This document shows positions 49,667 through 61,358 of a stretch of DNA of 64,000 nt, piece by piece (position 1 is the stretch's first letter; each line of letters starts with the position of its first letter). A model generated the notes under the pieces. It ran no database searches. It was given only the letters and a program-made list of their open reading frames with translations, and was not told where the DNA came from. The stretch is from the NCBI GenBank assembly GCA_010909165.1, contig VJWM01000202.1, forward strand, positions 186,001 through 250,000. The letters are read 5' to 3'. The DNA is from Anthoceros angustus (Eukaryota > Plantae > Anthocerotophyta). Made by a program: the position numbers and the translations under genes.

Positions 49667-52468
49667 TCAACCGGCCACATGTCCTGCTGCGTCGGATCCA
49701 TTGTTGGGTCCGTCAAATGCTCGCAATGTTTTCATGCCGGTATGTTGTTTAAGGCCGATAGCCAGCATTTCGCCGTGTCCACACAAATGATCCGTTCTAT
49801 CATCGGATAAGTCTGCCGGTGCCAGGGCCACATGTGGCACACACCTTTCGTTCTTCATTTTGGCAAAAATCTGTTCCAGCCTTGCTTGACTTTTGGGATG
49901 CTTCGTGTGTCCAGCCACAAAACTGTGAACGAGTCCGTCTTTCTCTGTCCACCAGCTCTGGGCCGGATCCTTCCATGCCCTGATTTGTACTCTCCTTGAC
50001 TTCATCTCGTGTGCCAAATCCCACATCTGGGCACTCTTGTATATGTTCAACATCAGCACATATGCTGCGGCATCTTTCTTGTCTAGCTTCACAGCTTGGT
50101 CGAAAGCATGGCGTCCGACCTCCACATTGCCCCACTTTTGACAAGCACCCAACAGAGTGTGCCAAACTGCAACGTCAGGCAGTACAGGCATTCTCCTCAC
50201 CAAAGCTCGTGCCTCATCCAGCCGGCCTGCACGGCCAAGGAGATCCACCATGCATGTGTAGTGCTCTACCGTGGGGCTGATCCTGTAGAGTCTCCTCATA
50301 TCCTCGAAGTATTCTTGCCCCTTGTCTACGAGACCCGTATGACTGCATACCATTAATACACCAAGGAATGTGAGGCCATCTGGTTGTATTCCATCCTCGC
50401 TCATTTTGAAAACCATATCAAAGACCACCTCGCTGCCTTGGCGGCTGTACCCAGCGATCAGTGCATTCCAGGCGACGAGGTTTCTTTCGGGTAATGCATC
50501 AAACACCTGCTGTGCATCAACCATGCTGCCAGACTTTCCATACATGTTTATCAGACTCTGGGCTATAAACAGAGCACCAACAAGCCCTTGTTCTTCAATC
50601 TGTGCATGTAGCTGCCTTCCCAGATGCAAAGCTGCAACATCTGCACATGCCTGCAGGAGGCACACAAATGTGATGGAGTCAGGTATAGCCATGCCATTTT
50701 CTTGCATAGCAGTATAAAGACGAAGGGCTTCCAGACCCTTGCCCTGCTGGGAATACCCTGCTATCATGGCATTCCATGTTACCACATCCTTCTGACCCAT
50801 TCCGTCAAACACTGTCTGCGCATCCTCGAGGCTGCCACACTTTGCATACATGTTCACCAAACTGTTGGCAACAAACAGATCGACTTCATGTCCTTGTTGC
50901 CTGATTTGCGCATGGAGCTGCTTCCCCTTCTCCAGAGCTGGGGTGCCCACACTTGCACATGCCTGCAGGAGGCGCACAAATGTCACAGTATCGGGTACAG
51001 ACATGCCTTCTTCTTGCATCGCACTGTAAAGGTTAAGGGCTTCCTGCCCCATGCCCTGCTGGGCATACCCCGCTATCATGCCATTCCACGTCACCACATC
51101 CTTCTGACCGAGTCCGTCAAACACTTTCTCAGCATCCTCTATGCTACCACACTTCGTGTACATGTTTACCAAACTATTGGCTACAAACACATCAGCTTGA
51201 TGTCCTTGCTCCCTGAGATGTGCATGAAGCTGCTTCGCCGTCTCCAAAGCTGGAGCACCCACACTTGCGCAAGCCTGCAGGAGGGACAGAAATGTCACGG
51301 AATCAGGTGCAGCGAGACCACCTTCTTGCATAGCACGGTAAAGATGAAGGGCTTCCTGCCCCATGCCCTGCTGTGAATACCCTGCTATCATGGCATTCCA
51401 TGTCACTACATCTTTTTGACCAAGTCCTTCAAATACTCTTTGGGCATCTCCCAAGCTCCCACACTTCGAATACATGTTTACCAAACTGTTGGCTACAAAC
51501 ACATCACCTATGTGTCCTCGTTCTGTAATTTGCGTATGAAGACACCTGCCCGTTTCCAACGCTGGGGCACCTACAGTTCCACATGCCTGCAGGAGGCACA
51601 CAAATGTCACAGAGTCGGGTACGGCCATACCTTCTTCTTGCATGGCAATGTACAGACCAAGGGCTTCCTGCCCCATGCCCTGCTGGGAATACGCTGCTAT
51701 CATGGCAGTCCATGTCACTACATTTTTTTCACTAAGCCCGTGAAACACTCGCTGGGCGTCTTGCAAGCTGCCGCACTTTGCATACATGTCCACCAAGCAA
51801 TTACAGACGAACACATCAGGATCAACCCCACTGGCCAAGACATCAGCATGTACCTGCTGCCCAGCTTTCAAGTCTGCTCCCCTTGCACAAGCCTGAAGGG
51901 CTGCCACAAATACATGGCCATCCGGCTTAACACTTGTTCTGCGCATCCCATGGTACAGTTGGATGGCCTGCTTGGCTTGTCCATGCTTAACATGTGCAGA
52001 AATCATGGAAGACCACATGAAGGCATCTGGGGTGGTGACCATGGTGAATACATCCATCGCGTCTTGCAACCTGCCATGAGAAGCGTACATGCGCAGAAGG
52101 TGGTTGCAAAGGAACCTGTCTGACTGGTACCCCTTCTGCACCGTAAAAGCATGGACGCGGCGACCCAGAGCAAGATCTTTCTGTGCTACACATTTCTTCA
52201 GGACAGCATAGAAGAGAGACTTGAGAATAGAACCGTCTGTCTCCACCAGGACACCCAAAGCCTCGACAGCCTCGGTGAGACTTCCCCCATCACATAGTGC
52301 GCTCACAGTTTCAGCCGTCACGGTGCCTTCGTGTCCTGCAGACCCACGAGGGTTCGCATCATCCAGCCTGCATTTGGGATCAGGACGTAGCGACGACCCT
52401 CGCTGGAAGATCCGTCTCCAGCCCGACAGCCTCTTGGACGCAGTGGCTTTCTTGTAGAGGTGGTGCAT
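49667..52468 (-). CDS. PLS-class PPR RNA-editing-type factor with E1/E2 and a truncated WW-type DYW domain
   Basis: 933-aa single exon with P-L-S triplets, HYTCMVDLLGRAGRL, WHTLLGAC, AYVLMLNIY, KDPAQSWWTE..GLVHSFVAG and HLCGHGEMLAIG. Confidence 0.92.
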   Translation of the reverse strand: MHHLYKKATASKRLSGWRRIFQRGSSLRPDPKCRLDDANPRGSAGHEGTVTAETVSALCDGGSLTEAVEALGVLVETDGSILKSLFYAVLKKCVAQKDLALGRRVHAFTVQKGYQSDRFLCNHLLRMYASHGRLQDAMDVFTMVTTPDAFMWSSMISAHVKHGQAKQAIQLYHGMRRTSVKPDGHVFVAALQACARGADLKAGQQVHADVLASGVDPDVFVCNCLVDMYAKCGSLQDAQRVFHGLSEKNVVTWTAMIAAYSQQGMGQEALGLYIAMQEEGMAVPDSVTFVCLLQACGTVGAPALETGRCLHTQITERGHIGDVFVANSLVNMYSKCGSLGDAQRVFEGLGQKDVVTWNAMIAGYSQQGMGQEALHLYRAMQEGGLAAPDSVTFLSLLQACASVGAPALETAKQLHAHLREQGHQADVFVANSLVNMYTKCGSIEDAEKVFDGLGQKDVVTWNGMIAGYAQQGMGQEALNLYSAMQEEGMSVPDTVTFVRLLQACASVGTPALEKGKQLHAQIRQQGHEVDLFVANSLVNMYAKCGSLEDAQTVFDGMGQKDVVTWNAMIAGYSQQGKGLEALRLYTAMQENGMAIPDSITFVCLLQACADVAALHLGRQLHAQIEEQGLVGALFIAQSLINMYGKSGSMVDAQQVFDALPERNLVAWNALIAGYSRQGSEVVFDMVFKMSEDGIQPDGLTFLGVLMVCSHTGLVDKGQEYFEDMRRLYRISPTVEHYTCMVDLLGRAGRLDEARALVRRMPVLPDVAVWHTLLGACQKWGNVEVGRHAFDQAVKLDKKDAAAYVLMLNIYKSAQMWDLAHEMKSRRVQIRAWKDPAQSWWTEKDGLVHSFVAGHTKHPKSQARLEQIFAKMKNERCVPHVALAPADLSDDRTDHLCGHGEMLAIGLKQHTGMKTLRAFDGPNNGSDAAGHVAG

Positions 52469-52628
52469 CTCTCGTCTTGGTGGCTTTTGAGAACGTTTGA
52501 TTCCTTAAAGCAGGCAGAGTCTGTGATGGTTTGGACGGCAGGGAAGTGCGGGGGAATGCAAGCCATCTTGGTGGGCGTACGAGAAATTCGAGCCCAACGA
52601 CTTACTAGTAGAACAGATATACAAACAT

Positions 52629-55010
52629 TTACATCCTTGTGGACATGTATCCGCTTGCATCCTTGCAAGAGTGCACACGATAGTCCGCAACCTCACACTC
52701 CGGTGTCTTGGTCAGGGCAGATGCGATGGTCATCTTCGTGCTGTGCCCAGACATGCGATGTTGCTTTCTATCATGAGACATGTGTCCTATCTTTGAAACC
52801 ACAAAACTGTGCACTAGTCCGTGCATGTCTGTCCACCACCTCTGACCCACCTGCTTCCATGCCCTGATCCGTGTTCTCCTGGCCTGCATCTCCTGTGCTT
52901 GCTCCAACATCTGGGCACTGGTGTATATGTTTGACATCAACACATGTGCTGCTGCATCTTGCTTGTCTAGCTTTACTGCTTGGGTGAAAGCATGCAGTCC
53001 GAGCTCCACATTGCACTTCTGACAAGCACCCAAGAGAGTCTGCCAAATTGCAGCATCAGCAAGTACAGGCATTGTCCTTACCAAGTGTAGCGCCTCATCC
53101 AGTTCACCTGCACCGCCAAACTGTGGGGGGTCAGGCTGTGTTGTCTACTCATAGCCTCGAGGTACTCCCGCCCCTTGTTCGCAAGACCCGTATGACTGCA
53201 TGCCATTAGTACGCCAAGGAACGTGATGCCATCAGGCTGTTTGCCATCCTCTCTCATTCTGAGAACCAAGTCGAAGACCCCTTCACTATCTGCTTCACGA
53301 CTGTATCCGGCAATCAGTGCATTCCAGGCAACAAGGTTTCTTTCGGGCAAAGAATCGAACAGCTGCTGCGCATCAACCATGCTCCCAGACTTTGCATACA
53401 TGTTTATCAAACTATGGGCTACAGCTTCACCTTGAAGCCCCGGTTTTTCAATCTGTGCATGTAGCTGACCCATGCCCTGCCTGGAATAAACTGCTATCAT
53501 GCCATTCCATGTCACCAGATCTTTTTGACAAAGTCCATCAAACACTCTCAGAGCATCCGCTAGGCTGCCACACTTCCCATACATGCTCAGCAAACTGTTG
53601 GCTACAAAGACATCAGCTTGATATGATATCCTAGTTCTCTTATTTGCGCATATATTCGCATGAAGCTGCTTCCCCTTCTCCAAAGCTGCGTTGCCAACAC
53701 TTGCACATGCCTGCAGGAGGGACACGAATAAGGTGCATCAGGTACATGCATGCCGTCTTCTTGCATACCACTGTAGAGATGAAGGGCTTCCTGGCCCATG
53801 CCCTGTTGGGAATATCCTTCTATAATGGCATTCCATGTTACCACATCTTTGTGAACAAGTCCGTCAGACACTCTCTGCCCATGGTCTAAGCTGCCACAAT
53901 TTGCATACATGGTCACCAACCTGTTGGCTACGCACACATCAGCTTGATGTCCTCTTTCTCCTATTTGCGCATGGAGCAGCTTCCCCGTCTCCAAGCTGCA
54001 GGAAGTCCACACTTGTACATGCCAGCAAGCAGCACACAAGTGTCCCAGAATTGAGCACAGCCGTGCCTTCTTTCATAGCACCATGGAGAAACAAGGCTTC
54101 CTGCCCCATGCCCTGCTGGGAATACCCTCCTATCATGGCATTCCAGGTCACGACATCTTTCTTAAGAAGTCCATCAAACACTCTTTGAGCATCTTCCAAG
54201 CTGCCACACTTTGCATACATGTTTACCAGACTGTTGGCTACAACCACATCCGCTTGATGTCCACGTTCTCTTTCCAATGCCAGGGTGCCCACACTTGCAC
54301 AGGCCTGCAGGAGGGAATTGGGTACAGCCGTATGTCAACTTGCATAGCACTGTACAAATCAAGGGCTTTCTGACCCAAGCCCTGCTGGGAATCCCGCTAT
54401 CATGGCAGTCCATGTCACGACGTTCTTTTGACCAAGCCTATCAAACACTCTCCGAGCCTCCTCCAGGCTGCCACACTTTGCATACATGTCTACCAAGCAA
54501 TCAGAGAGAGACATCAAGCTAACCGCCACTGGCCAAGACATCAGCATGCACCCGCTGCCAGTTTCCAGGTCTAATCCCGTTGCACAAGCCTGAAGGGCTG
54601 CCACAAAGACATGGCCGTCTGGCTTCACACTTGACCTCTGCATCTGATGATACAGTTGTATGGCCTGCTTATCTTGTCCAAGTTTAACATGCGCAGAAAT
54701 TATACAAGACCACGTGGTCTGGTTTGGCAACGACCGTAAACACATCCATCGCGTCTTGCAACCTGCCATGAGAAGCATACATTCGCATCATGTGGTTGCA
54801 CAGGAATGTTTCCAACTGGTGTCCCTTCTTCACCGTGAAAGCATGCACGCAACAACAACACATTTCTTCAGGCCAGTGTAGAACAGAGATTTGGAAATAC
54901 AAGAGTCTGTCTGCACCAAAACACCCAAAGCCTCAACAGCCTCATTGACATGGCCCTCAACACACAGCTTGCTCACGGTTTCAGCCGTCACGGCCCTTTC
55001 GTATCCAACT
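52629..55010 (-). pseudogene. Decayed tandem paralog of the PLS-PPR gene
   Basis: Colinear homology from AVTAETVSKLC...EAVEALGVLV to QRWWTDMHGLVHSFVV and GHSTKMTIA. Split over at least five frames by indels. Confidence 0.85.
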
Positions 55011-55497
55011 ATCCAACAGGCGTGCCAGGGTCAAGCCCAACCAGCGAGCGCCAATTGGACTTCGTGTCACGACCACCGATGTCCACATCTAGAGCAGCGC
55101 ACCCCACGCGGGCTTGTACATGCTGTTCTGCCAGACAAAAATATGGGACGCCACCAAACCTCCTGCCCACGAGCCTGGCTGGACGCTCCGTCTCCCACCG
55201 AGAACCCTCCTGGATTGGCTGATTCCCTTGCCCAGTTGCCGATTCTCGCTGCGTGATCATTTGCTAGTGCATGCAACGGTTGATTCCTCGATTCCTCGAA
55301 GTCCGGCAAGCGGGACCTCGACCTTCACTGGCTTTGAACAAGCTCCACATTGCAATGAGCCTGTGGATGCAGAGGCAAATGATGTCCCGTCGGACATCAT
55401 TTACTGTGCAGATGTAGTTGAATGAAGAAAATGAATTAATATCAAACTCGCAATGCATGGATGTCCAGATCCGAAGCAGGAAGGACATGGCATTGGG

Positions 55498-56453
55498 TCA
55501 CAGGAACCCACCCCAAGAGCGGAGGAAAGGGAAAACGGCAACGAGGACTCTGACGACGAGGGGAGGCCCTGCTCCGGGCCTGGCTAACGCGGTAGACGAG
55601 GGCCTGGACCTGGGCCTTGGCCCAGGCCCGGTTGCATTGGGCTGCGCATCCCATCCACCAACACTGGGCACAACTCCAGCTTGCCCTTGCCCTTGCCCTG
55701 TAGTGGCAGGAATGTCAGGGACATCAACCGGTCCTTCCGGCCAATAAAATCCTTCCTCCTCAGATTGCCTCGGAGCAGCAGCCCCGGCGGGTGATGAATA
55801 CTCGGCTTCGGCCGTCCTACCCTGATAGGCTCGCCCCTGGTACTGCCCCCTCCGTCTTCGCGGCTTTGGCCGCCTCTGCCGTTTGGGAGGACTAATCAAG
55901 CCCCAGAAGCCCGACACCAAGGGCCCCGCCGCGCGCTGCAGCACTGGCAGCACGGCCAGGCTGACGACGAGCGTGAGCGGGAGCTGGCCCAAGAACCACA
56001 GCCCTCCCAGCACCACGGCCGGAAACCCTAACCCCGCCAAGGACAGGATCTGTGTGCAGGCAAGCCTTGTCACGCACGCATCTCGACTATCAGCTTCGCA
56101 ACGCCACACGCAGGAACTATGGCACGGCAGCTCACCTCCCCGAGCCCGGGCCCCGCGTCCTCCTCGAACTCCTCTTCCAACATCTCATCTTCCGCCGCTT
56201 CCCGCGACACGCGAGCGCGCACAACCCAGCCCGATGGCGGAGCCGGGGCTGCAGCGGCGGCAGCCGGCCGCTGGAACTCGGGAATCCGCGGCATCGCTGC
56301 GTCGCAAGCCTTTCCGCGCGATGCGGCGAGCAAGTCGCCACGCTGCAGCTGCCCGCGACGAGCGGCTCGGCCTGGACCTGCGCCAGCCTGCACGCAGACG
56401 CCATAGCCAGAGCTCGAGCGCAGCACAGCACAGCGCTTCCAAAGTTCCAACAT
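55498..56453 (-). CDS. Uncharacterized probable plastid membrane protein, 2 exons, 289 aa
   Basis: Exons 56453-56136 and 56049-55498 are in frame. Transit-like N-terminus ending VVRA, a hydrophobic segment, and the C-terminus GGWD...PLVVRVLVAVFPFLRSWGGFL, which resembles a plant-conserved motif. Confidence 0.7.
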
Positions 56454-56802
56454 CTGCGTCACGTGGCCGCCGACGTGGACCAAGGTGGAGTCCTGCCAAG
56501 ACGATTCTTTTTTTTTTCCTCCCCTTTTTCTTTGGCGCAAAAATTGCCAAGACGATTCTTGACGGAGAGTCTGGGTGCAGAAGCAGAACGACACTGCTCT
56601 CCCGTTCTTCGCATGCTTTCTCCTTGCTGCGGGCCTGTCTCTCGTCCCAGCGCATTGCTTCTTGCCGACTCTGGAAAATTCGAGCAAGGACGGCACTCCG
56701 TATCCCAACATGGGGCGGAGGACGATTCTTTGAGCATTTCATTATCTGCTGTTCCTGCCAACGGCAAGGATTGATTGGGAGATACGAGTCCCGATTGGCA
56801 GG

Positions 56803-59800
56803 ATGGCGTCTGATACAGTTCCCCCTTCAGCCCCCGAGTTGATTCAACATCCTGGAAATGATCTTGCGCTGCGAGGTACGGGCCTGTATCTCCTGGACAG
56901 ATTCACGGGGAGGGAAAAAAGCGCACACTCTGTATGCTGCCTTTGGCGGGACGCTCAGGAAGCAGCGAATTGGTGCTGAATGCACCACCAGCTGATTCGC
57001 GCGGGTTCTGACAGACTGTTTCCACTGCGTGCAGAATGGATGGAGTGCCCGGTTGCTGGCCATCCACTTGAGGGAGTGGTGTCTTCGAAGTGTCCTCTTA
57101 GCAAAGCACTAAACAGCACGCTGGTCCCTCAATTGCGTTATTCCGGTGTGGAGTTGATTTCTCAGCAGAGGGGTCTTGGGCGCGAGGTGGCCCTCTCCTT
57201 CCTTCAAGAGAGCCCATTTGGTTTAGTTTGTGGTGGGAATGCGTGAATGCGTTTCACGGGCTGCATTAACCGCATGCTTTTGCAGGTGGGTATGGTGATT
57301 GATCTCACTGTGGGTGACAAATCCTGTTCCTCGGAGGACTGGAAGGCGAGTGGAGTTCAGTACGTGAAGGTACTGATGCCAGTTGAAGGGATTGCATTCG
57401 TTTCAAAAGCCTTTCTGCCCTTGTTTCACGTCTTGACGATTGAGGAGCTGGTTGCAGATACCGTGTACAGGGAAGCAGGAAGTGCCGGATCCAGTGTCGG
57501 TCAACAAGTTTGTATATGAGGTACAATCATTGGCAGGCAACCACCCTGAGCGCTTGTCAGGTTCAACTTTTTCACTTCGTCGCTCTTTTCTGGATGCAGG
57601 TTGTGAAATACTTCTGTGCTAACAGGCAGGATGGAGGTACGAAGACCAAATGTATTTTGGTTCACGGCATCCATGGTTACAACCGCTCGGGCTTCATGAT
57701 TGTCCACTACCTAATGCGAGCCCGAGGTGGCAAACTGGCAGAGGTCGGCAAATGCTGCCTGCTGAAAGCGTCTTGATGCCCCGGTGCTGTTGGTTCTAAA
57801 AGGCAAGAGTCAATCCCGTTGCTTGGTTGAGACTCTGACAGCAGTACCTGCTTGAGCAGGCTCTCCAAGCTTTTGCATATTCAAGGCCTCCGGGTATATA
57901 CAAACAGAAGTATATTGATAGTTTGTTCACTTTCTACAATGCACGACATGGTACTACCTTCATATGTCCAAAGAAGCCTACCTGGAAACATTTTGAAGAA
58001 CGTGATTCAGAAATTCCCAGTAAAGAATCTGGTGTGGATACGGAGGACAACTCGTCAACCTTGCAGGTTTGTTGTCCTCAGGTATCACCAAAGTTTGTCC
58101 CCTATATCATATCACACTTGTGCTTACTTAGCTATATGATGTGACATGCAGGCATCTCCCGACGATGTTTTGGGCGATGCCATACCTGAGGAGTACCAGT
58201 TTGAGATGCAAAAGATCTGTTATTGGGCTCTTGAGCTTGAGCTGGTAAGATGTACTTTTGGTAGTGCTGAGGCTTGGCACTCCAATACAGTATCTTGTAC
58301 TCGTTCTTTAGCTGTGCCAGTTATATCTGAGAGTCTAAAGCCAGGTGGTGGGAAGTGTGACAGTCTTCAAAGCATTCTTGTTCATCTTCTGCTTGAGTTT
58401 CCCCTCACTAGGACTGGATGTTGGGGACGGGCAGGGAAGACGCAGCGTGACACTGAAAGCATCTGCTTGTCAGCCTTTCATGGTATTGGGATGCTGACAC
58501 ATATTTACGGCTTGGGCAGCCTTCAGGCCAAGGGAGGATGATATCTCCGCAATCAGTGCCATTGTCGTTGAGCAGGTATGATCCTCCTGACCAGCGTTGG
58601 CAGCTCTTGGTATTGTGGCTTGCAAGCCAGAATGGTAGTGTACTTGAGAATGGAAACCGTCAACTTGCTCTGGATGTGGTTTGCAGAGCTCACTTGGATG
58701 GTGTACTCCTCCAGAGATACTATCGAACAACGTGGAAACCAGTAGCAGCGCGCTACATGCTGCTCATATGTCGCGATGGATGCTATCTAATCGACGCAGA
58801 TTTCCAGTTCAGAAGGGTGGAGATGCGTTTTCCCCGTCCCCGCAAGGTAACTAGTGTCTGCTAGGTTTTGGTTTTTCCATAGTTGAGCATGTTGTTCTGC
58901 TTGCTCATATAGTTCTTTTGGCAGGGCTCCTCAGATGGGAGAGTTAGAACTCATCACTATACCCTCCTTGATGGTGAAATGGTACTGGATACCGATATAA
59001 ACTCCAACCAGATCAGGAGATTTCTTGTTAGTGACCTTTTGATGCTCAACAAAGAACATACGAAGAACGTATGTCCTACGCAAGCTTTGTCCCCGACAGT
59101 GGCGCTCTTGCATACTTCATTTCGTAGTTCATTCACCTTTTGTGCCTTTTGTGCAGATCCCTTTTCATGTCAGACACCAGTTGATTGAGGACGAAATTAC
59201 GGCCCCTCGAAATGCTGAGGACCAAGCAAACAAAGATTATTATTACAACAAGGAGGCCTTTAGGGTGGGTTAATCCTTCCTGGTTGCCATCATTCATCTG
59301 TACATCCAGGACAGCTTCGTAAATCCTTTATCTGTTTGTACTGATACAGGTCAGACGAAAGTATTTCTATAATATCTCTTCGATGAAAAATATGCTTCAA
59401 GAATTCATTCCCAAGCTGTCTCATCCTGCCGACGGAGTGATATTCCAAGTAATAAGTATATTGTTACGATTAAGGCCAACTGTAAATGCCCTTCTAAGGA
59501 ATCTGAACATTTCTCTGCATGCTGTCTTGGGCAGGATTGGGATGGACCGTATGTCACAGGACCAGGTGAAGGGTTTCTTCAGTGGAAGTTCATGCATCAC
59601 ATTGATTTCCTGCTGAAGGTGCTCAAGAAACCGCCCGTGGATCTGGAGCATTTTTCTGACCGTAGACCATGCTTAGTTCTCTTGTGACCTGCTTCACTAG
59701 GTTTCACCCGGTCAAGGCCAACCGCATGTCTATTTGGTGGAAGACGGGGACAAATTAAAGGAGGTGGCAGTCAAGCTTCTGACGTTTCCTGGTAAGCTAC

Positions 59801-60219
59801 TTCCTCAGATCGTTTCACCTCACAAGCTGTCTCCACTCCTCCTTTGCGTAATTCCTCTTTCTGAATAGAATCTGCGGATGGACAAAAGCTGTCCGACAAG
59901 GTTATCAAATGTGCGTGGCATCCCATTGAGAAGAACTGGAAAGTTTTGGACACGCAGACAGGAAAGAAAACGGCAAGTTCCTGGACGGAGTACCAGAAGG
60001 TATGTTAGGTCTCTCGAACTCCGAACAAGAAACAGTGCTTCTTGGCATGACTACCCTGAGAAGCCCAGTTAAGCTTCAAACTCCGTTGCATCACAGGTTC
60101 TCGAGATGGTTGCTAAAGACATATCTCAGACAAGCTTGATTGCTGATCTTGCGAACCTGTCCAGGAGCCGCCTCTATGTTGCCAGAGACCGCCCCTATGC
60201 CGAAGTTCAGAAACGCTGA
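56803..60219 (+). CDS. mRNA capping enzyme homolog (cysteine-phosphatase-type triphosphatase plus guanylyltransferase plus OB fold) with degenerate active sites, 16 exons
   Basis: WMECP, SKCPL, GMVIDLT, VHGIHGYNRSGFMIVHYL, RPPGIYK, DDVLGD, TWKPVAARYMLLI, TLLDGEMV, LSHPADGVIFQ and FLQWKF. All exons join in frame at GT-AG boundaries without stops. Confidence 0.88.
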
Positions 60220-60616
60220 ACTACTTCAGGGACGTACGCGTAGACCCTCCCTGAAGATCATTCGGCTTCACTGGATGTAGGTAGATACTCCCTTGCTGCA
60301 TGCCACTGGTGCAATCATAAATCATCCTGGGGTAGAAAGCCACAAATCACCGCATCCCACTGGGGTTTGTTGGAAAGTCACAAATCGCTGCATCCCACTG
60401 AGGTTTTTGGGAAACGGGTGAACTCTAAGGAAGACACTTGATCACCATGTCCAACTCCTTGCTCAACGAGTCTAACTGCTGCCCCTGCTCACCGTGTCCA
60501 ACTCCTTGCTCAACGTGTCCAACCCCTGCTGTTCATCTAGTTGTTCTTGCATATTAGTTGTCTTCTGCTCCATACTTTTTGCATATGAGTTATCTTCGGC
60601 TCCATATTGAGGTCTC

Positions 60617-60752
60617 CTCAAGAGGTGGAGTTAGTTGGGGTCTGTCTCAAGAGGTGGAGTTAGTTGGGGTCAGTCTCAAGAGGTGGAGTTAGTTGGGTCC
60701 CTCCGCAAGTGGAGTTAGTTGGGGTCCCCTTAGGAGGTGGAGTTTGTTGGGC
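60617..60752. repeat. Tandem repeat, about 28 bp unit x5
   Basis: ctcaagaggtggagttagttgggg units. Confidence 0.85.
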
Positions 60753-61295
60753 AAACCTTTTCCACATGTTCCAACCGTCGCTCCAAGGACATACGGGATT
60801 TCCCTTTATGTGAAACCTCCACCAGCAGCTTGCGATCTCAAGAGGGTAATTTTAACACCTTGCCTTCCAATTCCTTCCTATGTCATTGTAAACACATCTT
60901 TTCCTCCTGAGCTAATCAACATCTAACTGGGTGAAATCCAACCTCCAAGTGACCCCTCCTCTGAATTCTTCATCTCGCATAACCAATGAGCCAGAGGGCT
61001 CTTGAAGGCCGCGGTTCCCCCTCCAGGGTACATGCTTCCCCCTCCATAATACATGCTGTACCACACAGATACAGTCACAGGCTGCCCGGGCACTTGCCTA
61101 CAAGCAAGATGGCTCTTACTGGCCAGGGAGCGCGTCCACCCTTCTCCGATTCCCGACAACCGTTCGAACATGACTGAGGCTCTGCCTGTTCCACTTCAAG
61201 CGGAGGTTGTGAATGCAGGCCTGCCCTCGAAGACCACGATCGAGGCAGCCATGGGGGGCACGCAGCAATCCGTGAATGTTGGACCAGAACCTGGT

Positions 61296-61358
61296 GGGAG
61301 TGGGAGTGGGAGTGGAAGTGGGAGTGGGAGTGGGAGTGGGAGTGGGAGTGGGAGTGGG
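61296..61358 (+). repeat. (GGGAGT)n hexanucleotide microsatellite
   Basis: About ten units; reads as poly-(Gly-Ser) in ORF 61053-61523. Confidence 0.95.

Noticed and set aside
50624-52123. Long + strand ORFs of 235-250 aa
   Set aside because: Antisense shadows of the repetitive PPR coding strand.
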